This document shows, piece after piece, positions 63,240 through 64,000 of a stretch of DNA of 64,000 bases (positions are counted from its first letter, which is position 1; every line of letters starts with the position of its first letter). The translations under genes and the position numbers were made by a program. This DNA comes from Utricularia gibba (Eukaryota; Plantae; Magnoliophyta): the NCBI GenBank assembly GCA_002189035.1, contig NEEC01000013.1:682001-746000 (forward strand), in the 5' to 3' direction. The notes under the pieces are model-generated. The model worked only from the letters and a program-made list of their open reading frames with translations, did not search any database and was not told the DNA's origin.

Positions 63240-64000
63240 TATTGAAGAGTCTTATTTAGAGGGGGTGATGTATGTTGATAATGACCCCTCGGATATCAAT
63301 GAATCTGACTCTTAGGATAATGAAATTCCGGTGATTTCTAATCATCCATCAGAAACTTGTTTTGAAACTCAAATTGAATCATCGGATTGAATGGACTTTT
63401 TATATGCTGATGATATTGATATATTTGTTCACAATGATTCATATGCTGAGATATCAAATCAATTACAACAAGGATGCATTTTCTAGATAAACAGACCCTT
63501 ATTGATGTAGTTGTTCTCTACAATACTTCTATAGCACATCGAGAGACCTGCATGGTGGTAATTGATAAAAAGACATATGCTTGCATTTGTCATTAGACGA
63601 AGGAAAAAACTTCTAATTGTCTATTCTATCTCTGGGCAGAATTTCATACACAATCTAACACTTGGAAGATCTCGAAGCTTGTACAACCGCATACGTGCGA
63701 TGTCACAGCTAATCTTGCAACATTCAATGTTAATCTTACAATCAAGTTCATTGCACCGCGTTTGATTGCACTTTTGGATGAAAAGATAGATGTTAAGTTT
63801 GTGCAAGCCTATGTAAAGTAGCAATGGCATTATAAGATATTCTATTAGCAGGCATGTGCTTGTATAATCAGAGCCTTTGAGATTCGTTATAGAACATGGG
63901 AAACTTCTACTATTGAGCTACCACGATATTTAAGAGAGCTTCGTACTCAAAACCAAGGCACAATTGTGATATGGCGTCATGGTGGTGATCTACATGGGAA
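63240..64000 (+). mobile_element. MuDR/Mutator transposase remnant, running off the window
   Basis: NCLFYLWAEFHTQSNTWKISKLVQPHTC...YKISY*QA..CIIRAFEIRYRTWETSTIELPRYLRELRTQNQGTIV matches the MuDRA Zn-binding and YxxLPxY region; internal stops. Confidence 0.8.

Noticed and set aside
1-64000. tRNA, rRNA, conserved miRNA hairpins, CRISPR arrays
   Set aside because: None recognised by eye; tRNAscan-SE and Infernal/Rfam would be needed to exclude them formally.

Overview
AT-rich eudicot plant nuclear DNA with two regimes. About 1-35 kb is a degenerate, multiply nested transposon field: two PIF/Harbinger remnants, Mutator-like remnants, Ty1/copia elements and Athila/Tat-like Ty3/gypsy LTRs. It encloses an intact EIL3/SLIM1-type transcription factor gene, a BURP (PG1-beta) pseudogene fragment and an apparently intact two-exon gene for a ~78-aa secreted Pro/Gly-rich peptide precursor missed by the ORF track. 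About 36-61 kb is a compact block of eight genes in alternating orientation (- + - + - + - +): IRK-interacting protein, WD40 protein, conserved unknown protein, plastid GTPase Der, cycloeucalenol cycloisomerase CPI1, AN1 zinc-finger SAP, CWC22 and an At5g64816-like Cys-rich protein. A MuDR remnant runs off the right end. Best leads: the secreted peptide gene, an 8-residue in-frame deletion in CPI1, a uORF/alternative-donor arrangement on EIL3, and two single-base frameshifts in G/C runs that may be assembly errors. Exon structures were derived by hand from GT-AG signals and frame continuity. Family assignments come from recalled motifs, not database searches. No rRNA, tRNA, CRISPR or recognisable miRNA was found.
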